Below are positions 29,483 to 42,098 of a stretch of 54,862 bases of DNA, piece after piece; positions within the stretch are counted from its first letter, which is position 1, and every line of letters begins with the position of its first letter. Origin of the DNA: Bigelowiella natans CCMP2755 (taxonomy: Eukaryota > Protista > Cercozoa); the NCBI GenBank assembly GCA_000320545.1, contig ADNK01003251.1:1-54862 (forward strand). The letters run 5' to 3'. The notes under the pieces were generated by a model, which saw nothing but the letters and a program-made list of their open reading frames with translations, made no database searches and was not told the origin of the DNA. The position numbers and the translations under genes are program-made.

Positions 29483-31169
29483 ATGGGTAGCAAGAGCGAG
29501 GTTCAGAGGCGGCTGTACTTCAGTCGTACCTTGCTTGCTGGTGTCCTCCTTGCATCATTAGCATCTATTCTACTCGTAACCTCACCAACAACACAACTTT
29601 CATCGTCAGCATCGTTATCAACAATGGTAGCAGCTGCAGCTCTAGGCACGTTCCAGACCTCAGGTCTCCCGACTGTTGTCTCGTCTGCCTGCTCTGCTCC
29701 TAATTGTCAATGGTGATCAGAGAGGGAGGGGGAGAGGGGGGCGCGCGCCCTTTTTTCTTCTACCATGTCCTTGGTTTTAATTGGCGATATTTGTTCCCCT
29801 CCCTCCTCTTCCCCCCTGTCGCATTTTTGGCTTAAGCGTGGGTGGCATGGGGCGCGACGCAGGTTAGCCGCTCGTTGACACCGGAGGCTTTTGGAATTTA
29901 TGACGCTTTGGAAGAGAATGTTTACCGCGGTGCCGATGATCTGATATGGGCATTATGGGAAACAGAGGACTGGGGAGAGGAGGCAGACTACTACTACAAC
30001 GTCTATTTCTCGTCCAACAAAAAGGAAAAAGAGGATGAAACAGGGGAATCTCCCAGTCATTCTTCTTTTGATCAAGGCGACGATAGCGGTGAATCCAGTA
30101 GCTCCAAAACGAAATTATTAGGAGGGGAAGAGAAGAAGACAAAAAAAAAGAAAAAGAAGAAGAAGGTCGGGTCTTAGTAACTGAAGTGAACGCTTATGAA
30201 TAATAGATCTTCGTTATTCATATCCTCATAACATATGTCGTTTCTGTGAATGTCTTTGAGACCTGCGAGCTGATGTGGCGAGCAACCATAGCTGATGGCG
30301 CCATTGGTCTCAGCACCATCATTACCAGCATTAGAAGAGGCAGCACCAGATGGATGTTTTGGGTCATTTGTTGTACATGTACATATTCAGCCAATGGAAA
30401 TGGAGGTTATCCCCGTTGAGTCGCTAATGAGAGAAGGTTGTGGAAGAGAATTGAACGACAAACGAGTAGAAGGAGGAGGAGATGGAGTAGGAGGAGAAAG
30501 CTAATGCAGATCAGCTTGGAACCAACAATGATTGACTAATATTCACAAAATATCTCTCTCCACACCAATGTTATCGCCCCAATCTCGAGCTGATCTCGTC
30601 CCCAATGCACTTGTACGACATCTATGTTCAGGATTCGCACCCGATTTGAGTCGGCCCTTCCGCATTCCCGGATTGATGCCTACAGGTGGTTCCGCAGAGG
30701 CAATTGGTTGGTGATGATGGATGGTTGTGTGAGAAAAACTCCTTAGAGAAAACGCTTTCATGTTGATTTTTTATTGCTAGCATCATCATCTTCATTTTAA
30801 TCATCGTAATCTCATCTGCCTTTTCCTCCTCCTCCTCCTCCTCCTCCTCTTTCCAACAGACCTACGGATGGTTGATCTGATCCGTGAGAAGCCTTATGGA
30901 GACCTTGTTATTGACTATTTCACGGACGCGAGGTGAGGCATTCAGGACAAGCGATTCTGAGCCAATACAACAATCTTAACAACGTGTGAAACACGCACAC
31001 ACGCACGCCATCACTGATAGTGATGATGATAATGATGATTGTGGGGATGATATAAAGGCAGGTGAACACCGTTCCTGATGGAAAGGCTTCTATACGTGAG
31101 ATAGCTACAAACATTTCTCAAGGGAACAGCTATGCGAAGGTAACTTCTCTCTCTCTACCTCTCTCTCTC

Positions 31170-31212
<43 letters not shown>

Positions 31213-31603
31213 CTCTCTCTCTTTCTCTCTCTGTATGTGTGTGTGTGTGTGTGTGCGCGCGCGCGCGCACAAATGACATGTGTCATGTACAATGACTAAT
31301 GGTTACGCACACAGTTCGGAAGTGAAATGCTGTTTCGCGAACACCCCGAGCTGTTAAGTCATCTCCCATTGGACAGGGTTAAGAAGGTGTTTTTTGCAAT
31401 CATCATCATCACCATCATCATAATCGCCACCATCATCATCGCCCATACATCTTCGTCGCATGTATTGATTTTCATCACCATCGTTGTCACGATGGCGTTT
31501 GAGGAATGTTTATGCACAATACAGGTAACAGGCGAGGGATACATAGATGCTTCCCTGATAGGAGACTTCCTCACCATTCCTGTCTTCATGGCGCATGGGT
31601 AAG

Positions 31604-31643
<40 letters not shown>

Positions 31644-32017
31644 AGATATTATACAAATACACATACGTTTATGTGTACACACATATGTGTAGCGCATGCA
31701 GAGTAATGAATGCCCACAATTTAGCATGTGATTTGCAACTGTTGGATGGAATACAGACACGAGGGCGATGGTGCTGATGGAGGGGAAGGGGGCAGAGCAA
31801 CTCCCAGAACGGATTTGCACTGCGAACCAATCGCAAATGTGGTGTGTGGAATTTAACCAATGTTGTGCTCGCTATCAACGAATCGTTGTAGCAGCACTTG
31901 ACAGTGACGCATAGTAGGGATGATGATAAAAATTGCTTTTCCACGCTGATTCTTGCATGGGGAAGAACGTCGTTCAACATCTATTCATAAATGACACTCA
32001 CACTACACAACACAATT

Positions 32018-32059
<42 letters not shown>

Positions 32060-32361
32060 GCTAATTATTAGAGTGGATATCTCCTTGTCACGTCACCACG
32101 TAGCAGAAAGCAGGCATTGTATTTTATATTAATAAATAACATCGGGATGATGACGTTTTCGTTCTTCTTCTCTTTCTTCTTCTTAGGTGATACAAGTAAG
32201 CGGCTCCAAGCTTTGGACGCTGTATCCTTCGGAATCATCACGCTTTCTCAGACCAAAGGTATAAGAGAACAATACCCGTCATCGTCATACAGGAAAAAAA
32301 GAATGAGACGAAGGAGAAGAAGACGAAGGACGCCTCAATCATCAGTTGAAAGCCACAGTAT

Positions 32362-32429
<68 letters not shown>

Positions 32430-33648
32430 CAATATCCTGATCATAATAAGATTTCTCCTGATGGACGAGCGTATGTATTCTCCGCACGAGACCCAGCAGA
32501 TGAAGGCAATGTGTGTGTGTGTGAGAGAGAGAGAGAGTGTGCGTGCGTCCTGGTGTAATAGTAAGACTAAGCCAGCAAAATAAACTATGCGACAATATTC
32601 CTCGCTTTGTACCTTTATCTTCTTTTTTGCAAAATAAGATATTTCTGATAGTCATGACGACGATGAGGATGATTTATGATACCAATGCTCTCACGTAATA
32701 CCTGTACATCTAGATCTACAAACGATCGACAGATATTCCGTGGTAAGTGACTTTCTCAATTAACTAATCATTCCATTTCTCATCTATCGCTACTACATAT
32801 GGCCGTTAAGAAATATAGAATACGAAGAAGATATTTCCCAAATATATTGAGAATAACCGTATTTTTATACTAGTTTTGCTTTGAAAATTCTGTTGAATGT
32901 GCGCGTTCTCACCCGTTTGTGTGTATGCACACATGCGAGAGAGAGAGAGAGAAAGAAGGGGGGAGGGAATAGGGGGGGGGGGGGCTTGTATTTAAGGAAG
33001 AAAATCGATGAAGCTTACATCATAATTACACTACGATTACTGAGTTTGCTGGCACCTATCACGCTGTTCCTGCAGGTGTTAAACAAAGGCGATGCGATGT
33101 TTCTTCCATCGTGGACATGGCATAGAGTGAGTAGTTGTCGTTATTTAACTCAAAATAAATTTTCATCTTTTCATTCATTGACACAGCGATAATGGGTATT
33201 TGCGGCAGTGGTTCCCGTGAATATAGCCCTCCCCTCCCCCCTAGCTGAGCTCCTCGCATCCTCATACAGCAGGGCCACGTAGAATAAAATTTGATTGCGC
33301 GCGAAACAAGCTAAACGACATGATCAAGCTATACTCGAGCGATGATTGATTGTTCCATCCAACTAGGTGGATTATCTTCCTGGTATCACTGCGTTGTCGG
33401 TGAGTTTCTTCCATGTCCGCATCAAGGTGATGGTACCAGATGTAATTATTAATTGAGTGTTGCTAATCATTACATGCGGGCCTTACTTAATTTGGTAATG
33501 ATGTCAATATCGACTCATTTACTCTTCAATGGATCTCACTTCAGCTTGTTCTTCAATGACTTAGGACATGTTCACGAACAACCCCATATTCGCACTGGCG
33601 ACGTTTCCAAATATGATGAAAGAGTTTTTCGGAATTAAGATGCAATAG
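29483..33648 (+). CDS. JmjC/cupin-like 2-oxoglutarate oxygenase with N-terminal hydrophobic leader, multi-exon
   Basis: RTDLHCEPIAN (HxE), VLNKGDAMFLPSWTWHRV (third ligand H) and LSVSFFH. Ends KEFFGIKMQ*. Confidence 0.8.
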
Positions 33649-34489
33649 CGAAATGCGAATTCTTCGGAGTGCTATGTGTGCAAGCTGACCATCGCATAGC
33701 GCTATGTGCACGTACATGCACTACGTAACTGCGCACATCCATGTAGAAGTCAGCCACATGCATCTGTCCGCATGCACATGCATCTGTTCGCATGCATGCT
33801 GCGATATGATAATATGATAATGCACGTGCGCAATGATGTGAAACGAAGATACCCTCGCGTGCGTCACTGGTCGCCCAAACCTGAAACGTGCACGTACACT
33901 GTGACGAGCTCTGCACTCTGTACTGAAATTTAAACGTGCGACTACTAGAGCTAGGAAAGAGATATATGCAGTTGCACGTGCGTAGACAATGCAACGAGGC
34001 ATGCGTATGCATGTGTCGCGCATGATTGCGTGTGATGCGGCCGGCGCTTCGAAAGCTGCGGAGGCCATTTTCACAAGTCGATATGCAGCTTTATTAACGG
34101 CGGAGTTGTGCAATAGCTGCATCAGGATGACCATTGAAAACATGAAATCACTTCATTACATCCGTCTATCACATGCATGCGTCATGCTAGCATGGCGCAC
34201 ACTTGCACATCACTGGAACACTCTGTAGCACTAGCAAGCATGACACATGCATGCACATGTCTAGCGCCAGACGCACGTATAACAGGGCAGAAGAAAATGG
34301 AGCAATTTTAACACAATGATTGAAAATTGTGAATGTAGATCTTGAGCATTATTTGCACAAGATGCCACACACACTCTCACATATGTGTCATTGAACCTTG
34401 CATAGCATCCCCGTCAGACTCGAGGTGGCGACACGGGGTAGTTAATACCATTCAAGGCAGAAAATGTTACATTTCCCCTCATCTACGAT

Positions 34490-34912
34490 CTAACTAGCCA
34501 TATGAGTGATGCATAGCTCATTAAGGCCTGCAAGCCCAGCGAAGAGCATGGACACGAACGACATAGCAAATCCGGTAGAAGGGGTGGTGCCGTCTGCCCC
34601 TTTTTGCTGATCTTGGTCTTCTTGGTCTTCGTAAAATTTGATGACTTTCTCTTGACAACCACCCAGCCAGGACGACCAACAGATGAAAAAGAATACAGCT
34701 GCTGCAATGCAACTCCCGGAAGTAACGATTTTCTTGAAAATACCGTTGGTGCCACTTTGTGCGTCGTTCTTACGTATGACGATGAAAACGCTTGCGATGA
34801 TCAGTGCAACAAATGCGAACGTGAGCATCGAAACAACTCCTGATCCTGTGTCTGCGCAATCGTCGCAGAAGGATCCTAGGTATGGGAAGTAAAGTGAACA
34901 TTGTGAGGCAAA

Positions 34913-34966
<54 letters not shown>

Positions 34967-34967
34967 T

Positions 34968-35011
<44 letters not shown>

Positions 35012-35519
35012 CTAGCGACCACAAGCAACCCAGTATCATAGGATATACTAATCCAAATACGTGCTGATTCTGGAGGACAAAGTGATAAGTAAGTGTATTT
35101 AAATAAATAAATTGTGTGCGATTTATTGCTATTTTTTTTCTAAGGCAAATACTTGTGCATCCATCCTTCTCGTCATTGTCATTATAGGATACAGTGTCTG
35201 TAGACGTGTCACCATGACTTCTCTCTACCCTGCTTTTATACTTCAAGAGGCCAAGACGGGTGTATATTTCGGTTGTATAAGTTTGCCCGAAAACATTTTG
35301 TTCAATCTTGTAATCAACGACACTCCATCCGACATCTCCATCAGCACCTGAACGATGAGAATGGTCATGATGGAGAAATTAGGAACATGGCAAGAATTAC
35401 GCAAAAAGAGGCCCGTTAACCTAAATAAAAAGTTTGCTACCTGTGTATGCCACGATCCCGAAGATCATTGCAACGGAAACAAGGATCAAGCTAATCCAGT
35501 GGCGGGTTTCAGGTTCCAT
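34490..35519 (-). CDS. Claudin/PMP22-like tetraspan membrane protein, multi-exon
   Basis: TM1 ([16 protein letters not shown]), a loop with CDDC, three further TM segments and a C-terminal TGFAMSFVS motif. Confidence 0.6.
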
Positions 35520-36539
35520 GTTCTTGTTGGGGTTTCGTGTGTCAGAGGGGTTCGGGAAGGAAACAACAGTTTCGGCAGTTTCAGAAATGGTATTTTTGAC
35601 AAATCTCCAAAAACAAGTTGCGACATCGGAATGAACTCTGATCCACACCTAAATGCACTGGAATCAACTCATTTAGATGCCGAACCTACAGGCCTGTACA
35701 AGTAGGAGCTCCTGGTCATGCTTTTTTGCTGTTTTTGCGGAAAAGTTCACCCTTTTGGAAAGGCCATTGATGATGGTAATTGACAACTTCAATTTTGCAG
35801 AGGCAGGTTTTTCTCCCTGCGACAAGCCTGATCAGAATTGTCCCATCTAATCCCCGGGGATCCCAAAAGTGGGTATTTTGGTCCAAAATTTTCAAGAGTG
35901 GGCAGGGCATGTTTGTCCAAAGCTCCTTGATTGGCGGATGCACAACTTGCTGGCCTGGCGACAGATGGCTCACCTAGCCCCAATCAATTGTCCTCAATTG
36001 TCACAGACTCCTTGGTTGCAGGACACCAACTGTGTGTCATTCAATTATCAACAGGGTGCTGACGTGTGACTGCAACAAGTCCTCGCAATGGTTTTTGTTG
36101 AGGCGCTTCCACTGCTGCCACGTGTTCGTGCACGTCTTCCACGTGGTTTTTGCCGGTGCAGTTTGCATCAACGTTTTTTTCACTGTTCATCGTTCGTGAA
36201 CATTGAATTGAAAAACTAGACCTGGACCTGCGTGCGCAAGAACCATGATGCCAGATTGCCAATTCTCAAGTCTTGCTGGTTTCACCAGTTGTTCCTCACT
36301 GAAGTCAGTTCGAGGCACTGCGTTTCGCACGTTGCAAGTGTCTTGTCTTGCAACACTTTGGAAACGCAGTCAATCATCACGTTCATCTGTTCGTTTGTTC
36401 ACCACGTGCAAGGTGAACACGAAACTTGAGTGCTGCCTGGAGGCCAACGGCACGATGGACTTGTGACACAGAGGAACACCGCGCCAGAGCCAGCAGAGTC
36501 CACAACCTGCTCCCTCGCTTCTTGATTTGCCAGCTCTGC

Positions 36540-36875
36540 AATGCGTTGGATGGATGACAATGTGCTGCCTTCTGCAGCTCCATCCGTGAGATGGACAATG
36601 ACACGTGCTGCCATCCGCAGCTTCCATCCGCAACGCGACCGCCCAGCCGCGTTGGATGGACGATGACATGCTGCCATCCGCAGCTCCACCCAACGCGGTC
36701 ACGTTGGATGGATGATGTCATCCCGCTGACTTCGAGCAGTGATCCCGCTGACTCCGAGCAGTGATGATGTGCTGCTGTCCGCAGCTCCATCCATGGCATG
36801 GATGTCAGCAACAAGGTGCTGCTTTCCGCAGCTCCATCCGCAGGATGGACAATGAGATGCTGCCTCTTGCAGCTA
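36540..36875. repeat. Imperfect tandem repeats of the motif TGCTGCYWTCCGCAGCTCCATCC
   Basis: About six irregularly spaced copies, several followed by GATGGAC/TGA. Confidence 0.7.
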
Positions 36876-36879
36876 GCAT

Positions 36880-37490
36880 GCGGTTGGTGGACAGTGTGGT
36901 GGCAATGCTCACAAGTCTGCGGAGTGTCTGGATTTGAAGAACGTGGATGCGGGGTGGACGAAACTCCCTGATGTGAATGCTGAGAGATCCAGGTTGGGTG
37001 TAGCCGTTGGGGATGGCAAACTGTTTGCTGTTGGTGGTGGAAAATCTGGGGAGTGTCTGGATTTGAAGGATGTGGATGCGCGGTGGAAGAAACTGCCTGA
37101 CATGGATGCTGATGGATGTGGTTTGGGTGTGGCCGTTGGAGATGGCAAACTGTTTGCTGTTGGTGGGTCTGATGGTGGCAATCGTCTCCAATCTGGGGAG
37201 CATCTGGATTTGAACAAAGTGAGTGCGGGGTGGAAGAAACTCGCTGATGTGAACACCAAGAGGTGCAGTTTGGGTGTGGCCTTTGGGGATGGCAAACTGT
37301 TTGCTGTTGGTGGGCATGATGGCAGTGACACTCACAAGTCTGGGGAGCATCTGGATTTGAAGAATGTGGGTGCGGGGTGGAAGAAACCACCTTGCATGAA
37401 TGCCAAGAGGGCTGGTTTGGATGTGGCTGTTGGGGATGGCAAACTGTTTGCTGTTGGTGGGCATGATGAAAAATCTGGAGAGCATCTTCG
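36880..37490 (+). pseudogene. Kelch-repeat gene fragment (about 4 repeats, up to 47 aa each), TpA-mutated
   Basis: Repeated LGVAVGDGKLFAVGG...SGE[C/H]LDL...W. Expected Tyr positions read His or Cys, and the fragment joins unrelated sequence abruptly near 37490. Confidence 0.85.
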
Positions 37491-37708
37491 CATCACTGTG
37501 CAGACTGCCTCCGCACACACATCGGGTTCTGTCTGGAGAAAACGTGGTCATTTGTGGCCATCTGCAACTTCGATCATCAGACAAGTGTGGACTTTCATCA
37601 GTTCATCTCTCAGTTTGCGATGGAATTCAGGATTCAGTTCGGCTTTCAGGTCATCTGTTGCGAGGATGATTTCACCAAGTTCATCGTCAACATCACGGAC
37701 TTCATCTG

Positions 37709-37884
37709 CTCCCAGCTCTAATCCGTGCTGCATGTAAAATGCTGAATCTACAGGTTGCTTGCTGACTACTTATTCAATTTTTTCTTCCACCCACCACATA
37801 CCTTGGTGTAATTCTCCTTGTTCACTACAAGTGATGAGGGGGGGGGACGCGGTGATAGCAGCTGCATCATTGATTCTGCTACTG

Positions 37885-37915
<31 letters not shown>

Positions 37916-38498
37916 ATTATTTTTATTGGAACTATTATTCATATCTACGCCTGAAGTCCAAAAGGAAAAATTGTGTGTGTGTGTGTGTGGTTTGTATTGT
38001 TTAATGTTGTGTTGGTAGACACATTACACAACTGGCCCTAAAGAAACACGCGCGTGGACAATTAAGGTCGGCGATACAGCCCCACAGACTGCTGGAGAAA
38101 TTCACACGTAAGCAAGCTAAGTGTTATAATTAAGGAAGAATAAAAATAATAATAGGCTATGATAACTGCCATCGTCATCATCATCTTTATAACGATTGTT
38201 ATTACGATATCTTATGAATTACAACGACACCAGTGACTTCGAGAAAGGATTTATCCGTGCCGAGACTATTGAATACGATGACCTTGTTAAATGCGGCAGT
38301 GAGAAGGAGGTAATTTTGTTTTATTGGTCTTATTAGTATTCATGCTATTTGACAACCATGTATTCCTTCTTTCTTCTCTCTGAGTATATTGTAATCATCT
38401 ATCTGTTCTAGGCAAAAGAAAAAGGTCTTATGCGAAGCGAGGGCAAGGAATACGTTGTAAAAGATGCCGATGTCATGCTCTTCCGTTTTAATGTTTGA
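37709..38498 (+). pseudogene. ychF: YchF/OLA1 ATPase, 3' part (exons 37709-37753, 38019-38107, 38234-38309, 38412-38498)
   Basis: LPALIRAACKMLNLQ|[30 protein letters not shown]|DFEKGFIRAETIEYDDLVKCGSEKE|AKEKGLMRSEGKEYVVKDADVMLFRFNV* is the canonical YchF C-terminal TGS domain. No 5' exons lie upstream on this strand. Confidence 0.9.
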
Positions 38499-39249
38499 TG
38501 CAGAGTAGTGTAGTAGGAGTACATATGAATATTGATTCATTACCCTTCCATAACATTGTTACTTTGCTTCGAGTTTCAAGTACATTTTCACATCGCACAC
38601 ATGCCGACATGAATGCTGTGAATGACACTGAAAAGTTCATTGGAGTTCCTCATTCGATATGTTTCATGGATTTCCTTCTTTAAAAACTTGCGACGCAATG
38701 CGATGTGGATTGATGCATGCTTTGCATGTGTGTGCATGCAGACGTGCATGACGCATCATCATCAATACGCTCATGTGATGGTGAATTATGTAGCCCCTAC
38801 TGCCCCTACAGGCTAGGCTAATTGGGTGTACACATTGTTGAGAGCTACAACCTACGTGTAGCATGTGTATGCAGCCTACTTGACACTTGTTATTTCATGT
38901 GGGGATTGTTCGATTGTGTGTCGCGAGCGATAAGCGCTGCTTGCTTGTCGTCGTGCTTCATTCATTCAAGCATCAAGCTCACAATGGAGCGTATCGCGGC
39001 GTTTCAAATTGAATGAGTATGTGCATTCTGTAATTTCCTACAATCTAGTTTGCATCGAATAAATGTGCACAAGGCGAAGTCTCATTTGCTTTCTTTTGCA
39101 TTGGTTTAGCTATTTTCGTGATCAAAGACTTTCATGCTTGATGCATTTTTAGGTATACAGGACGTTGTATGTGCACTTTCTCCCACTTACATTGATTACA
39201 CCATGCTAGTATAAATAAAATTAAGACTAAGCAACAACTTCACTAGTAA

Positions 39250-40863
39250 CTATCTGATTTGACCCTTAAAGCGTTTCATCATGTCGTGTCGTATAAGTTC
39301 TTTTGCGCTTCTTCTACGTCCTTGCTTGTTTCGATATTTTTGCTGCCGCTCTTTTAAGATTGCCCGACGTTTGCTAGGTTTTGGGTGATATTATTTTCAA
39401 GTTTAGACATTAACTCAAACTTTTACACACACACACACACACACACACGCGCGCACACGCGCACACACGCACACACGCACACACACAGAAAAAGGGGGGG
39501 GGAAGAAAAAGAGAGAGTTTTACATGATCATATCACCATTAGTCACAAGAATTATCTTAGTAGCTCGTATTCTTTCTCACCGCTCTCTCTGGCCAGGACG
39601 ATTTCTCTTTATCAGATTCCCCATGCTCTTGCCGTTGTAAGTCTTCATGGAAATTGCGGCTGCAGCTGCTGCTGTTGCTGCTTTTGCCGCTCTGTTTGAG
39701 CCATCACCCCCCCCCTCCTCTTCCTCCTCCTCCTCCTCATTTCCGGCTGCCTCCTCGTCAGTGCTATCGTCCTCTATAATATCTCGAGACTCTCTATACG
39801 TGAGGAAGGAAGATGATGCTGGTGCGACACCCAAATTTGAGTTGTTGCTCAGTTTTGACTATATGTAGCGAAAGCATACCAATCACCATCTACCTTTATT
39901 GTCAATACATCCAAAATAAGCGAAGTACGGACAATTAGTAATGAACCTTGTTGAGCTGATTCCTTACACGCCGTTGTTTCCTGGTGACATATTTTTGTAC
40001 ATTTAAAAGATAGCATTGTATTTATTTCGTTGCATAATTTTATAAAATTTGAATGTAGGATTCTCATTGTATTATTTTATAAAATTTGAACATAGCTTCT
40101 AATTGTATTCGATTTGAATATAGCATTCTCATTGTATTTACTTCGTGAGAACGGAATACTAAGTAAGGGGGAGCTAATCATAGCGTGTATTTTATACTAC
40201 CTCCTGCGTTGAAAGTTTCTAAATTTTCTAAATCGTCTTAGTTCTTTAAGATGTGTGTCTGCACAGTCCTGATGTTCGCAACAGCAGCAACAGCAGCAGC
40301 AGAGAATAAATGTAGGTTTGATTATCATTATTCACCTGGTCAAACATCTCAAGATTACGCACCGTTTTCGGACAATGATAATAATAATAATAAATAATAA
40401 TACCATTATTATCTATAACCTGGATGCATCGCCTTTTCAAGATTCGTTTAGATATGGTTTGCAGAAGACCATCATCCTGCTCAATTAGAAGGCAGGCAAC
40501 GAACATCATGGAATTATTTAAAGACTCGCATCATCAATGTCTTGTCTTCTATTTTCTCTTCTCCATCTCTTTTACTTGGAAGGTTTGGTGAAACAAACAT
40601 TAGCACCAATAATACACTAAGCACTTGTTTCAAGTAACATATACCGCTGCACAAGTATCATTGGTTGTATCATTCCTAGATGTTTTCTCGGCCAATCTCA
40701 CAAAATCGCCTCCACCTCCTCCTCCAATGATTCTTTTCGATACATTATAAAACCTTTTTTCGAGAGAGAGAAAGAGGGGAGGGGGGGGATTGGGGATATT
40801 TCAAATTTTCAATTTTTACATGCAAGCCCGTATCATCATATGAAGAGCACACATTAAATATCA

Positions 40864-40919
<56 letters not shown>

Positions 40920-41245
40920 TCACTCTTCTCTTGCAATTACTGTTCGATAGAAGTGCAGATGTCAAATTGAAGAGCAGCTTGTTGCGTGAGGAGAGTCAAA
41001 TCGAGAGATTTCGCAACGACGTGTTGCCGCAGCAACGACAACAGACGAGGTGACGATTGTGACGACGGAATTGAGGAGTTTTCACGCGAATGGGAATCAT
41101 TCTTAGCCATCAATCCTGATTTTTCCTTCTTCATTCGAGTTCTTATTTGCCGTACCTAACGACGACATTTAGAAGATGGAAGATATACTGCTAACTATGT
41201 GAAACACATTGCTGCTTGTTGCCTTGGTCTTTACAGATGTGTGTA

Positions 41246-41298
<53 letters not shown>

Positions 41299-41623
41299 AT
41301 GTGTGTATTATTTGGACACCACCTCGAATTCGCGTGCTTGTTTCACCGCCTTTCTAATCTCACGGACTGCTGTTTTTAGAAGACGGTGCCCCCGGTCTAG
41401 CCCTTCTCCCCTCTGCTGCTGCGGCCATAGTTTCTTATTGGGGCGATCAGAATGGTCCACAACAACAGCGTTCTCACCATTCTTACGTATGATAGCAACC
41501 CTTAGAGGCACAAAGTGTGCATCACTATTACTTTCAGCCTCAGCCATGATTATCATAAATACTATACCCTGACATTGCAGTGTAAATAAGTGGTGTCAAC
41601 GATACCGGCGAAGTCATCCTCAT
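39250..41623 (-). CDS. Bud22/SRFBP1-like ribosome-biogenesis protein, multi-exon
   Basis: N-terminal VREIRKAVKQAREFEVVSK|VRQI, an acidic region, then KRNRPGQRER|KRRA (compare the KNRxGQRARR motif). Confidence 0.5.
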
Positions 41624-41864
41624 TAAATTTGCTTGCAACCGTTAAGATACAGAATTTGAGCCAAGGCGGAATTTGCCGCAGATCCTTAAGTGGATGGGGG
41701 TGATATGTACTCGCATCCATTATCTAGTATTGAAGAGCGTCATATCGTGGGTCTTTCTTCCTACTCCTCTCCTCGAAGCCATGACCTTTCTGCTCCATCG
41801 GAACGAATTGGAGCTTGGTTGGTTCTACGAGTCGTATGTTCCTGTTTGGTGTGAGTTCCTAAGG

Positions 41865-41975
41865 TGCGACATACTTTTTGTATTGTCGCAAAATAAAATG
41901 ATCCCAATGTAGTTTTTCCTCCATTGCGATATACTTTTTTAATTGTCGTACAATAAAATGATCCCCCAATTTACT
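41865..41975. repeat. ~58-bp imperfect direct duplication in a divergent promoter region
   Basis: TGCGAYATACTTTTT..ATTGTCG..AATAAAATGATCCC occurs twice. The first copy contains the inverted pair TGCGACA/TGTCGCA. Confidence 0.7.
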
Positions 41976-42098
41976 TCCGAAGAAGAAATTTCGAAAAGCT
42001 CTCCTCATGCAACATACAGTCGAAACTCACAATCGCCAACCATTACAAACAAAGGAGGAGGAAAGGAAGTAGAGTGGCCTTGGGGAGTGAAAATCGAT

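Noticed and set aside
36383-37584. Long minus-strand ORFs (335, 259 and 140 aa) overlapping the kelch region
   Set aside because: Antisense shadows. Loss of TpA removes TAA/TAG stops and leaves spurious open frames.
35750-37705. CpG-methylation decay or classical RIP as the cause of TG/CA excess
   Set aside because: CpG is still present in these tracts and TpA is lost rather than gained; Tyr->His/Cys changes require T->C and A->G.
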